A DNA stretch of 64,000 nucleotides, from NCBI GenBank assembly GCA_904063045.1, contig CAJFCJ010000003.1, forward strand, positions 1,674,001 through 1,738,000, in the 5' to 3' direction. Positions 25,839 through 41,836 of the stretch are shown here, piece by piece (position 1 is the first letter of the stretch; each line of letters begins with the position of its first letter). The notes below the pieces were generated by a model. The model saw only the letters and a list, made by a program, of their open reading frames with translations, had not been told where the DNA came from and made no database searches. Position numbers and translations under genes: made by a program. The DNA comes from Dimorphilus gyrociliatus. Lineage: Eukaryota; Animalia; Annelida.

Positions 25839-27118
25839 ATGGCGAAGCGATCTGAGGTGGACCTTAAAAAAGAGGATCTTGTAGAAGATATCGACGCTTA
25901 TTCCTATAAAGCGAAAATACTGATTGAAAATCAAGCCGAGTCACTTAAATACAAGGTCAAGGATATTTTGAAAGAAGCCTCGCAAAAAGTGGTGAATGCC
26001 GTCTTATATAACAAAGACGGGGAAGAGCCTGTTGATGATATTGTAAAGCTATGTAAGAATGGAGTAAATTTTTCACTAATCAACAATTTTGTAGCATTTC
26101 AAGCGGGAAATTCATGCGATTTCGGTGACATTGTTTATCTACCAAACGGTTTGGAATCATTTAGTTGGAAGAAAGCCAAGAAGTTTGACAAATCTATGGT
26201 AGTTGAGGGCTTATGTGTTTCAGAGTATTCTAAGTCTCTTTATGTAGCACTATGCAATGACGAAGAATCTTTTTCTTGCATCTATAAGGGTCGTGATTCA
26301 GAATTGTTATTTTAGTTTGGGTGTTTCTAAACAAACTTTCCGAAATATAAGCGTAATTCAAGAAAGCCAGAATTTTTAACTACAATTTTTTTCGTTAAAA
26401 ACAAACCTTGCAAAAATGTTATTCTGGGCACAAATAGGCTTTTTATATTCAAATTTTGTAAATATTAACTATTCTGAATCACGCGTAGATGTCGTTAAGC
26501 GGTAAATTTCCCGTAAGAATACTAGAACTGGAAAAGCGCTTAAAAGACGTTGCAGCCAAAAATGGGATCGTATATGCAGCAAACTATACTGACGATGAAA
26601 TAATATTTGCAAATGAAGTTGATTTCGAATTTCAAACTTGGATTGAATTAGAAAATGTTTGGGGTCTCTACACAGTTGACCGTTACCTAATGGCTGTAAG
26701 CAAGGACACAATTATTAAATATGATTTCAGAAAAGAGAGGCACTGGAAAAGTTTTGTGCAGGATGCCTGCAGAACTTGTGTCTTAGGAGATCTTGTTTAC
26801 ATAACCAGGATGGGAAATAGTAGCTTAACGATTTTAAACTTTAAAGACGGCTCGAACATTTGTCAAATTGAAAATTCGCTTTTGGAAAATCCTTTGGGTG
26901 TTTGCGAATTTTTTACTGAAGCTGTATTAGTGGCAAATAATGAACGAAAATGTTTGGATCTTTTTAACAAAAGAGGCGAATTGTGCCAAAGCATTACCCT
27001 CAAATTCGAGCCGTCCTTTATACGTTTATCAGCTGTTCAGAGTCAAATTTTCTTATACGTTGTTGATTCTGAATCGCCAACAGTCCACTTTTTTATCAAA
27101 AAGATTGAAAAAAATTGA
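25839..27118 (+). CDS. Coiled-coil plus NHL/beta-propeller-like protein (TRIM-NHL C-terminus-like), about 2 exons
   Basis: Two long same-strand ORFs (25839-26315, 26489-27118) separated by an AT-rich gap. Blade-like repeats: GLCVSEYSKSLYVA, GIVYAANYTDDEIIF, LVYITRMGNSSLTILN, PLGVC..AVLVANNERKCLDLFNKRGEL, FLYVVDSESPTVHFF. The exact splice junction is unresolved. Confidence 0.6.
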
Positions 27119-27369
27119 ACTTATCAGTGTGCTATCATGAAATAGATAACTTCAATCATATTTAGAAACACATCTTTCTAAGATTCTTTATTTTTATCAT
27201 TCATTCTTCCATAAAAATTGTGTATACAAATATTTTAAATATAAATCATTATAAAGTTCTTTTATTTCCTATAAGATCATTAAAACACACATCCCAGATT
27301 CATTAAGTAATCTGATCATTAGTGTGCTAAGTGAAAAATTTTATCTTAAGAATGGAGAATTGTACACAA

Positions 27370-28647
27370 TCAATAGAGTAGGGCTACACCAAAGAGGATT
27401 AATTGAGCTGTTGAAGAAACAACGCCTGCCGCACCATTATTGTTCCTTGGTTTGGATGCTATGAAAAAGATCGATAGAAATTTGTTTAGATTTGTTGTCT
27501 TGCTAATTTAAGTAATAAAAAAAGAATTTGTTAACATTTAAAAATTATTTTCTAAATTTTAATGTAACTAAGAATCTATAAATTTATACTAGTAATAGCA
27601 TACATTGTGAAAGTATTAAAGTATACTACATTATTACTTCTTACTTGGAAAACACATTTTTTTCTTTGATTCCACACAGAGATGGCATACATCACTGACT
27701 CCACAAAATATTTTTTTATCGTCCGCAAGTTCTTCGTCACAAGTAGAGTATGTAGGATCTGTGAACGCTTTTTCATGTTTACATATTCCTTTCTTCTCTA
27801 TTTTATTATCAATAATCCTATTGACGGTTGTCCAAGTCATTTGGTTTTTACAAATACATTTATCATTGCTTGAACATTCCAAGCCCAAACTGGCTGCACA
27901 TTCTATTTGATTTTTGCAGTCTTCATCTTTCTCAGCTATAAGAAAACTCGGATTATTTCAACTCATATTTAAGAATTCATAACGTACCGAATCGACATTG
28001 CCTCCTATTTGAATCCCACATATAACGGCTATTACACTTGCATTTGCCACCCGTACATGTGGAAACTGAAATTGTTTAATTATAAAGAAAATCATTTTAG
28101 AAGCAAAATACTAACGTCCAATGCAGAAATCTGTGTTCTGACAGGACTCTTCCGGTTGTTTAGGGCTCTTTGGTTTACAAATGTAATCGGTATCTTTTTC
28201 AAATTTTGTTTCATCACTACATCTGCATTTTCCGTTATCGCATCTCATTCTAAGCGGATCACCATTTTTTTGGAAACATAGGTCATTGGCATTACAGTCT
28301 TCACCATATTTTTTATCTGAAATATTTTTCCTTTTTTAAATATGTTAAAAATAAAATCGAATAGAAAATCTCACATGGTTTGCAGTTTGAATTTCTATAA
28401 AAATGATAGGATTTGCATTGGCAGCTTCCCTGATGACAGATGGAATCTTCTTTTTTACACTCTGAGTTCTGTATACCATCAGAGCCCCTTGTGCATTGAG
28501 TATCTGTAACGCAACCATCACCAATAGTGACGGCATCTGAAAAAAATATCTTGTTAATAAATTTCATCAATAATTAATATACTGCATGTATTTACGAATT
28601 TCAGAAAGAAATGCCAAAGATGATAAAATAATAATAAAAATATTCAT
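27370..28647 (-). CDS. Secreted Cys-rich (EB/EGF-like repeat) protein with a predicted GPI-anchor signal, 6 exons
   Basis: Signal peptide MNIFIIILSSLAFLSE. Repeats include GDGCVTDTQC..CKKEDSICHQGSCQC, GEDCNANDLC..CDNGKCRC, ESCQNTDFC..CTGGKCKC and EDCKNQIEC..ECSSNDKCIC. The last exon encodes RNNNGAAGVVSSTAQLILFGVALLY then TGA. Phase-1 introns join in frame. Confidence 0.8.
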
Positions 28648-31600
28648 AGTTTCTCTGCCTTAGTATTCTGGTGTCTATTATAATTTTATGAAACTAAAAA
28701 ACTTAAGCTTTATTTATACAATTTTATTATCAATAAATACATATTAGGACATTTCATTAAGCAATGTTTGGTTTAATTTCAATGCTGAATATGTTTGCTA
28801 ACACAGTTAATTAAGATTATAGTGAATACTTTATCATCAAAGAGTTTGCATAACGGGTTCAGTCAACAAAAATTTTTAACTTGTTTGGTTTCTATGATGC
28901 GTTATAAAATTGCACACAGTATATATTTATAGTGTTTTCTATGGGTATCATATAGTTTATACAATCGAATCGACTTGTTCTATCATTGTCCATAAAAAAA
29001 TATAATAACAAAGAAAAATCGATCTTGAACTCATGATCGATATACATCTATATTTGAAACAACATAAATTATAGCAATTTGTACTCTAAAGTTAAAATAC
29101 CTGTCTGTATCGTTCACTTCCATTATTTAGAAAATTTATTCATATTTACAGTGGTTTTCCACGTTATATTTACTGACCTAAAGAAAGTGTTTTTACTACC
29201 GTTTGCATATTCCTTTAATTAATGTATTATTTTTCACTTGCACATCTCAATTAGGAATTTAGCTTAGTCAAAATTAAGCTAAAATCTCTATATGTTTATA
29301 ATTTTAAACAGGCTTTTTTAATCTGAAACTGCAAATATTTCTATCAAATTAGTGATACTTAAGATAAAAAGTCTTTAAAATAAATTCGTTTTTAATTATA
29401 CTTGAAAACATTTTGTGAAATTGAAAGTAATGTATTACACACTATTAAAGTGTTATTTTTTTAGTTAATTGTGTGAGTATTCTTTGTTTATTACGTAATT
29501 AACTTTAATTGTTACTCAAAGCTCTCCTCTTTACAATACAATATTGAATACTAAGCTTGAGCTTTAAAAAAACAAGACTAGATCTCACAGATGGCTGAGG
29601 TTGACTCAGGCTCAATGCAAACCAAATCATAAGCTCTGAATACCATGCCAACAAAAAATATATAAGTGTTTCATAGAAAATTTAACAGATGGCGCTCTGG
29701 AATTTTGAGAATTCCTTCAGTGAGCTAGAACTAACTAGTGACATCTTTCGGTTAGAAGAAATTCACATGATATATGTCTATAAAGGCTAAATAAATCACA
29801 GCGGTTTCTGTGGCTTACATATTGAATAAACGATGATTCAAAAAATTATTCCATACTTCAAAAAGACAAACACAAAAGCTTTTAAAAAATTGAATTACTC
29901 TCATGTAAAATGGCTAAATTGGGATAAACTATATTTCTTATTGATACATATAAGATGGAAAAATACTGAAAGAGTCAGCGCGAAGTTAAGTTTGCAATAT
30001 ATTTTCACATTAATAATAGACACAATATTTCCCCTAAATTATATGTCAGTCGCTCACTTTCTCCTGGAGAAAATGTGAATGCAAACATTAAAGAAGACGA
30101 AACAGTAGAGCCAAGTCAACCATAAGTTCTCTTCTCAAATTAAAAAATAAACACAATAGTTAAAACTCCCGTAGCACGTAAAGTATAGAAAATAGATATG
30201 AAGGGTTAAATATTACTGAGAGATGAACTTTTAGCTGAACTTTCTTAATTCATTTTCCGCTACTAAGCCGATTTGAGATTAAAACAGGTATAGATTAAAG
30301 TTGTGCATAAGAGAAAAATTTATGACAGTATTTAATTTCTTAAAATATTAATTTTTTTCAGCTCAAATTTCATACAATGAAAGTTTCTATTAGAAACTGG
30401 TGAGGAAAATAGTAAAATTTAACACACTCAAAAATATCATCGTTAAAGAAGTAATTAAAAATATGTCAAATTCATTAATATTCAAGTAAGTTTATATTTA
30501 ATCTTCAATTTTTATGATCTTTACTATTTGAATTTTTTAATTTAGAATAAATTTCAGATCTTAAAGCTTATTGACCTCTTTTCTGATATCAACTTTAATA
30601 TATCGCTATTTTTAAATGTTAATATCCATCTTTGACATATTTATTAACCACGATAAATTAATAATATTTCTTTTAAATTGCCAGAGGTGAGAAATCGCAC
30701 AGTCAATTATAATCATAAAAGAATCAAATCACCTGAATAATTATTGGTTACGAAAGGAATAGAATTCTTTCAGAAAGCCAGCTAGTGAGATTTGTAAGAA
30801 ATTTATGACAGATTTAATTTGCTATAAGTCTTGAGTTATGTTGATTTAATTTTAATATGTTTTAATCAAACATGTAAAAAAGCATTTAGCGAGTTAGATA
30901 TTCGTAAAAAATGTCTCACCTAAAATTAAAGTGGACACAAATTACATCAAAATATATTGAAGTGGTCACAATATATCAATTTTTTAAGGTAAAGAAAATA
31001 TTTCCAAAAATAGATGGCTCTTCTCGTTACCTTTGTTAACTGCTTCTGAATTTAGTATTAACTATTCACCCCTAAATAACAAGTTTCGATCGAAAAATCC
31101 CATTTGGCCGTTTTAGTTATCAAGGTTTTAAGGAGCCGAACAATGTAGGCCACAAGCCAATTTGACTTAAATGTGTCTTAGATATACTACCCACTATACA
31201 TTCTTTAACTTCGTATTAAATAAATCATACTCAGACATCAGAAGTCTTCTCATTAAAATGACACGCAATTAAGTAATTATAGATACATAGCTTTTACTAC
31301 TATACCTAAAAGAATTCTTCGCATTTTAAATAATGATGGTTTGGCCTCAAATTAATCCGTTATCAGTTATTAAGAGGAGTAAGCCGAAATTATTAGCTAC
31401 AAAAGGCCAATTAACGTGATGAATATAAAATCGACAGAATTTAAGTATTTTTAAAGAAAATTTGAAATACTTTGGTTTAGGAAAGTTATTGATGTGAATG
31501 AGCGTAGCAATGAAAAGAACACAATAATCTGACACACGTTTACCAGTTTACACTTAAATCATAATAAATGTTAATATCAATATTAATCTTGTTGGATAAT

Positions 31601-33106
31601 AAGTGAAAAAATCAATTGTAATCCCGAATTTCCCTTATTCAATTTATAATAACAGGGTATTTTTTTAAGACTGATATCTATTGCACTTTTGCAATACGAA
31701 CTTTATACTTAACAACTTCGGAACGATAACAATACAAAGAATATTAACGCAAATCTGACAGTTATGTGAATAAGTGAAAGTCAAAGAAAGTTCTCTATTT
31801 ATCTGTTCAATTATTTTTTTGACCTGTGAATTTTTTCTGTTATACAAGCTCATAAAACCTTATTATTCGTTTTGAAAGTACCTGTTAAAATTGATTTCGA
31901 TTCGTAGTAAAAGGCTGTTATCCTACTTGAATGTTCTTTCAAAATACATAAGAAAATATAAAAGTAAAGCAAAGAAAAATTTTTGATATGAAGTAAATAT
32001 AAGAAACTTGAAGCAACTTTTATCATTAAAATTCCATCTAGTCAGTCTAGTATGGTTCAAAATCCCTTCAAATATAATTTGCTATCCAATTTCAAGGGAA
32101 AAAGTTTACATCATCGATGAAAAGCAAATATTAATTTAAGTTCTATTAAATAGAAGTCAACCCAAAAAGGTATATTAATACTTTTTTTCATGATTTGTTT
32201 AAAATATGTATGCTTAAAATACTGGTCGGCACCTGTTAGGAAACTATCTACCAATAAACAATGACAAATTTCAAGTTATTATTTCATGTGTGAAAGTTTA
32301 AGTACATTGAGAAATTAAACAATTACTTCAATATTTTGTCTGTGTTCCGAAAAATTAGATGTAATAAATTGCTTTTAAATCGTTAACGGATGACATACCA
32401 AAAATAATTATTAATTGCTTTTCTGCTAGTCAATATTAAAATAAAAAAAGAACTGCTGAACTATAATCGACTCCTTAAAATTAGCGTCAATTCTCCATTG
32501 AAAGTGACTATAGCGGCGATGTAAATGCGATATGGCACTGACATAAACATTCTTAACAATACCTTCGCTTTTCTGACTCGTTTACGATCCTTCGGAATTT
32601 TCCCGATATGCGAGTTAGAGTTTAATTTTCGCTAAAATGCCAAATATAGCAGTTATATACAACTGCTACTATTGTACCATTCAAGTCGCCACTAAATCAA
32701 TAGCCAATAACAAACTCTATTACTTTTCACAAATAACACTTATTGACATTCATCTTTGTTAGGCACAAGGAAGCGGTTGTGCTATTTTAATGGCCTTATA
32801 GAGACTGCGATTTAAATAGATCACGTTCCATCCTCGAGTAGACATTTCTCTTTTTTCTTCTTTTTTGTGTAAAAGTGTTTACAAAAATTAAATTCAATTC
32901 TTTTGCTGTCGTTCGTATATTTTACACTATAACAATACGATTCTCAAGCCGCATTTTTGAATGAATGCATTATTGTGTTTTATGCTTGAATGATGGCCTG
33001 TTACAATATATAATGATAGTAACTCGTCATTCTGAATAAAGCTTCTTTTTAGTATATTAGGTTAAATTTATTGTAAGAATTCAAAAATTGTATCAAATCA
33101 TATTCT

Positions 33107-34846
<1,740 letters not shown>

Positions 34847-37800
34847 GATTTTCGCCACTTAAGTGTGGATAAAAACGACAGTGATTGTGTATGAAAACTT
34901 TGCCATTGACGTTTTGTATTCACTTGAATAGAAACGGACGATATGTATTTGTTGATATGTAAATGAGGAAAACTATCGCAGCCAATTGGCTTTTCATCGA
35001 AAATTTCTTCGTCGGTGATTGGCTAAGAAACGATCTAAAGGTAGGTGATGTCGAGTTTTGACAGGAAGATCTGTTTAACTAAGCGGAGGAGTGCATTATA
35101 AATTAGCCTATTACATTCTTTATTTAGAATACACCATATTTTTGGCCATTTTTATGAAGTTAATTGATTAATATTTCTTTAATATATTATTTGTACGTTC
35201 AACGTTTTTGGAAACAGGTGCGCAAGCCAATATTATTTTTATTTACATAGGTTTTAATGTTTCAACAATCTACGAGAAGGACAACTCTGAGACTAACCGT
35301 CTGAGCGACTCGACTGTGTATCTTCATTGTCATTTTATTTACGTTTCATGTCTGCGCATTTCTTTACGATAGTTGACACCAATACGTAAAATCTATTAAA
35401 GTTTTATTAGCAGTTAGCTTGGAATTTTTTGATGTTTCGTGTCTCTTGTAAGGTACATTATAAATTGACTTCCGTACAGCTCCTAGAGATTTATGAAAGG
35501 CAAATATCTCTACACTACATGAACAGAATTACAAAGTATAACTTTTACCTCTAGCCTTTTTAAGTATTGCCAGTTGAAACAATTTCAAATTTAAATGATA
35601 ATATATTTTATCCCAATCAGGAAGTTATGAAAATAAAATACATAACCTTTCTCTTATAATATTTAATATCTGTCATTTAATGTCTCTAACTTTGTAAAAA
35701 AGTCATTAAAATTTTAAATAGTGGCATCTGATGTGATTGTAAGGAAAGTATGAAATAACGAAACCTTACAAATGTTAACTTAAGCTGCCATCTAGAGTTA
35801 CTAAATTTTTTTATAATACTATTAAAGCTCTGTCAATGAATCACTTCAATGAGTTTAGAATTGAAATTATTTTCCATTTAGATTATTATTTATGATTTAT
35901 AAAGCGACTTTCTCATTCATCTTGTATACTCTTTGTAAAAATAGAAAAAAGTACATTATCTGGTCATCTGTTTACCACACGAACTCGATTGACCTCAGGA
36001 AAACATTTTAAATATTTTCAATAAATTTATTTTCAATAAACAATACAAATATCTTCCTTGTTTTCATTAGTAATTTGAATAAGGCATTTATAGAATTATC
36101 TTAGAATTATATGATATAATTAATGAAATAGCTATCGTTAATGGTATAGATCGGAAAATATAAGCCACAGGGAAAAATCATAAAAGAAGTCATAAAAGAG
36201 TATTTAAATCAACTATTACCCAAACAGAGCAATAGATTTCATTTTCATCCTGGTTGACAGATTGATTAAGCCTTATTATGACTTGGATTTTAAAGATCTC
36301 TTTATGATTAAATAAAATCTATTCGTTACAGTATTGTCGAAAACGTCTTCTAAGATTTAATGATATTGATTAAAAGTGTAAAAGTTACACGTTAAGTATT
36401 TTAAATTTGTATAAGATATAAATTTATTTCGACCAAATAGAGTCATCTAAAGCAAAAAGTAATGGATTCCTAAAGCATTGAAAGATTGCATTTATCTAAT
36501 TATGTAATCAGCTAAATTAAATACAAACTAAAATTCTGGACTCGAATAAATCTCCTATACTAGTCCGAGTTAAACCATTGTGATTAAGTAGCTAAAGAAT
36601 TATTCAAATCTATTTTTAAAACAATATCTATTTTAATACAGAGCGACGATATCTTACCGCAGCACTTTTTCTCAGAGAAGTGTAAGATGTCATGATAGCC
36701 TTGAAAAATATATTTATATGTCAATATATTGCAAATGAGTGGAATTCGTCGAATATTAATGATTGACGTTGATCTAACCTCAATAAAAGGCTCTCTAAAT
36801 ACAAAATATGATTACGTCAGTAAATTTAAGATGTTCTGAGCATTTCTTTTTATCAGAATAAAGAATTATAACTAAAACGTCATGTAGCATATGTTAGATA
36901 TTTAATGTAAATTTTAACAATTTCATAGGAAAAACTATAATACAATCGTTATGATTAATCGTTATTGGAATAAAAAATATACAGAATTCCATAGTCGCTG
37001 ATAATTTTATACGAAAAAAGTAATAGTGTACTTTTGGAACTGCATATATGACGTAAAATCTCTGCTAAACATATAATATTTGAAAATAAAGGCGATTAAA
37101 TTAGAGTAGATATTAATTTGTTGCATTAGGCAAAGTTAAAACACAGAAATAATTTGGGTCAGAACTTTTAATATTGCTCCATTGATGGTACGGTAGTGAC
37201 ATCTGAAGTTGATTCTAGTTGTACGTGTAGTTTTAAAGAGTGCTTTTCAAAGATTATATTTATGACTACTTGATTGAAGTCATGCTTTTAGACCAAGTAT
37301 ACTTTTGACTAAATATGCAAATATGTTCTTTATCTCATTTATATTAATTTTACTATAAGACTTAAATCGCAGATATTCAATTATATTTTTTTTTCGTTTC
37401 TGTAACAGACTTATTATTGGAATTTATTTGAAAAGAGAAAGCTTAAAACTAGTACATATACTTCTTTAAATTCACTATAGAGGAATACAAAAACTTTAGT
37501 AACGACACAAAAAGATTTTTGAAGCTGGCCTTTTCAATAAAGCCTTTCGTGTGATAAATTGAACATAACCTGGACAAAATTCAAAAAATAAATTTATATT
37601 TGAAAGAGCTAACTCTTAATAATATATTCAGTTGAAAATACTATTTAGTTATCTCTTATCATGTTGGGTAATGATATGAGAATTCCATTACGAGAATAAC
37701 GATTGGAGTTACGAACTAATTTATTACAAAATATTAATTGGTAAATTATGAAGTACAGAAAATTTTGTAATGCAATATTCATATTTTTTATTAAGATGGG

Positions 37801-38468
37801 TTAAAACTATTCAAGCTATTCAGAATTAACAATATAATTTGATGAAAAATTAGTAAATGCATTATGACTCTCATCTTTTTCAATATTACAAGATGACGTG
37901 ATATTTTCCGTCGTTTACTGCATACAAGCTCGTGAACCCGTGCGAAATCCTCTCGTAAATTCGATAAATCCTGGAAAAAGAATCCAATATTTATAAATAT
38001 TATGTATGTCAAACAGTGTGTAAATCACTAATTTTCATATAGAAATAAAAGTAACCTGAGAGTAGGGCTCTGAAGGCTTGTTTTTTTTTCTTAATATGTG
38101 TATTTCTTTTCGACATTGCTTTAGCGAGTGTGTAAATAAAAATAAATATCATAAAAATAAATAGACCTATTCTGGCCAAAACCATTCATGGTTTTATGGT
38201 ATTGTCATGGTTATATATTAATAATTTCTTGAATTTTATTAACATTTACTCAAACTATAACTTTTTTGATCGAAAACAGTTGTTTTGCTACAAATTTCTA
38301 TTGTACTCTTTGTGTATTAAACAATTAGAGCCTAATTCTTACTATTTTTTTTATTGCCAACTTGTGTATTCTCGGAATTGACAAGACAAGAAAATGTTGT
38401 TTTTATTATGTATTATAATTATATTTCCCTTGATTTGATTTGCATAAAGGAATATTTTCTTTTATTTT

Positions 38469-41400
38469 TCAGGCATAAACCGTAAATTGAATAAACTAAA
38501 AAAAATTTCAATTAGAATTTTCTTAACTCTTTAATTAAATATGTACCTCATCCAAAGTAAATGATGCCAAATTTTCATTATTTCTGTCCTTTTCTTGGTA
38601 AATTACTGTATTAATTTGATCGTTATTAATATAATTCATACCCGGTTCATTAAGTACTTACGGAACATTGTATTTAATTTTATAATGCAACTTATAAAAT
38701 CATTAAAACGCACAACCCCATGTTTATCGCTGTATCTTATTGCCACAGCCTCAAATGTAGAATTCGAGAGATGTAGCCCTAATAGGAAAATATTCAAGTG
38801 GGAAGAGTGTCAGGAAATATATTGCTATTGATGTTACTAACCAGCTCCATCCAAAGCTTTTCGTAACTCGAAACAATCAAAACTGCCAGATTTATCAATA
38901 TCGTAGATTTGAAAGATGTGCTACATCAAGAAAAAGTTATTTGACAGGATTATATTATACTTTTTACGTACAATCCACTTCAAAAGATCATCCCAAAGTC
39001 CTTTAAATTCATCAAAGCCCAGTGTTCCTGTCAAATTAATCTATAAAAAAAGTCAAGGTAAACTTTCGAAGTATTAAGTTTCAACCAATAGAAAATAGCT
39101 TATTAAAAAGGATACATCCCGCATCGCAACCATACTTCGACAAATGTCAACATTAAAGCCCTCAAAATCGAATTCTGAAAAATTAATTGTGCTTATTACG
39201 AATGTCAAATAGTGAAACAATTAAAAACCTTGCTTAGCCACGGTATTAAGTAAATTCATAAGTTCATAAGCATCAATTTCATTGTCATATCCAGCAGCTG
39301 CTCTGAAAGCTTCGATAGCGACAATTGTTTTTTCTTCAGCAGTTTCATCTTTCACCTCATCCGGCTTCGAAATAAATAGGTTACCTCTACAAGAAATCTG
39401 ATAAGAAGAAATGGTTTCTCACATCTGGTTCTCCTTTTCCGGTAATTTCGTCTGGTTCCCTATGGAAAAGATGTCGATGAGTGTTAGATATACAATAAAT
39501 TTTAATTAGGATTTTTGATAGGCAATTATTCACAATCAAAATTCTTATAATGCTTCAAATATTTTCTTTTAATGCTAAACCTTAACCAAATTGTTTTACA
39601 AAATCAGGTTATTAGCTTTTCCGCTTAATAATCAACACTAAGACGAATGGAGAATTTTCGTAAGCACATAACTTACTTATCACTAAGATAGATGATACAA
39701 ATATCAGACGAAAAGTGCGAAAGAAAAGATAAATAGTTGAAAGAATGGTAAATAGAAGAAAAATTTCTTTACTCGATTGTTCCTGGTTTCTCAGCAAAAA
39801 GTCTCAACAAGAAGTCAGCTTCTTGCTGAGGCTCAAAAGTCGATGGCACCACGGCATAAGATCCGGGATACAAGAAGTGATAGTCAGCAACTTCCCTCGA
39901 GTTGATGAAACTCTTACTTCCTGCAACTCTCTCCAAATAACGCAAGCTCTTATAGCTTAATTTCTCATCAGGGTCATTCATCTGGAATGTTTTTATTTAA
40001 ATTTAACAAAAAATTGTGGAGAAGAGTATTTCGACTGACCTTGTAGATAGCGTATCCTATTGGCAAATCTGCCTCACCTTCCATCCTTTTTTTTCTCCTC
40101 TCTTTTTGCATTACGCCAAGCAGAAGACAGATTCTTCCTTCTTCATCTTCACCATCAGCCTCATCCAGGGTAATTTTGTAGGCCGGATTAAGAGCATGGG
40201 CTGTAAACAAATTTATATTGTAAAAAAAAAGAATAATGACGCCATTGATTTTACATTTATAATTAGCACAGCCTCCGGCATTTATATTTCGCTTCCAGCT
40301 TCCTTCCATAAGTGACATTTCCCATTTAACGCCTTCACCTTCTGGAATAGAATCAGGTCCAAGATGACAGATTTCCATTCGTTGAAAATTATTTGAGAAG
40401 TCATCGAAAGACATCCAAAATTCGCCATCAGCTTCAAAAGTAAGACCGATATTTTGCCGTTCTTCTTCTGGAATGTACTCCCACTCTGGTGATCTAAATG
40501 TTGATAATTAAATTGCAATTTATCAAATAATTAAAGAAGAATAAATTTTGAACCCGTCACTCCAAGCTCCTTTCCACTCCGCTTCGTTGCCCCAAGGGTT
40601 TCTAATACGGATCATCGCTATCTGCCCAGAAACTGTTGGCGTTTCCACAGTGACATTCCTGACGTCTGTAATACTATACGCATGTCCTATAACTAAACCA
40701 TTTTCAAGGCGAGATTCCATTGTATCAGGGGAGGACTATTGATTTAAATATCATTTTGTATATATAAGTATATATACACTATTAGTCACAAATTTAAAAT
40801 TCATTTTATTATGCGTACGTCAATCGAACAAGCCATAAAACCTCCTTTTTTCAAAGAGGTCTTCATTCTTTCGTATAGGCCTTCAGTTCCATCCTCTGGG
40901 AAATTCCACTTTTCGATAATACCTCCAGTAAAATCGACAAGAGCCTCCCCCGTTAATCCACCGCTTAGGGACTCATACGAACCATTCAATCTTAAAAAAA
41001 GGACTTTAAGAAACTAACTTCAAATGTAACGAAGTTTACTTGGCATAGGCTTTTTCTAGCATTGCAGGCCAAAATTCGTTACCCTCATTGGAATGTAAAT
41101 ATATGAGCCTGCCATTCGAAGTCGGCAAGCGATCATCGATGATTACCTCAACCCATCTCCCATACTGCCAGAATTGGAATCGAAATATTCCTGCATAGCT
41201 GTTTAAAAAATCTTGATCATCAGGTACGACTCTATGAAAGAGGGCTTCATTTTGAGTTAGACATGCAACGGCTGCCAAAAACCAGCAGTCTCCTAAATTT
41301 TGGGAGGTCCCTTTGAAAATAAATATTTCCAAGAATTAATCTCATAAAGAATTACCTAAAGCTCCTTGATTTATATCCATTCTGGAAGCTCCTTCATGTA

Positions 41401-41836
41401 AAAACTTTGGATTATCACAAATTTCCTTTTGAAAAATATACAAATTTGATTCTGATTATATTATAATAAATAGAAGCTTACATGAGGTCGCAACCATTCA
41501 ATATTTGGCCAACAAGAAGGCGGTTTTTTGAAAAATATGGATTTGTCTTCGGCAGGAAAATCAGGATCTTCCCACAATTCCCCATTTGCCGAATATGTCT
41601 CTTTAATATCCTCATAGGTTTGTGGTTCTTCCTTTTAGATTTAAATTATCAAAGTTACTATAACGTCAACTAAATGAAAAAGTCTATACTTCCTCCCTTC
41701 TTCTATATCCATATCTTTTAGTTTTCGAAGAGCCCTCTCCAATATCCCGAATAGTTGATCTATAATCATAGTCATGGGTGAAGCGAGGCCTCCAACCTGT
41801 GATATAGTGTCTAAACAATCCTTCGAAATCAACCAT
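38469..41836 (-). CDS. Classical calpain (CysPc, CBSW/C2-like and penta-EF-hand domains), multi-exon
   Basis: Start [11 protein letters not shown] (41836). LWEDPDFPA is present, and the catalytic triad is intact: [27 protein letters not shown]. Further motifs are [19 protein letters not shown] and EF-hand exons ([17 protein letters not shown]), ending FTLDE|[11 protein letters not shown] at 38469. Confidence 0.93.

Noticed and set aside
29585-29650. tRNA/SINE-like fragment on the minus strand (CTGAG-TCAAC-CTCAG hairpin)
   Set aside because: The loop is only 5 nt, and I could not build an acceptor stem or anticodon arm.
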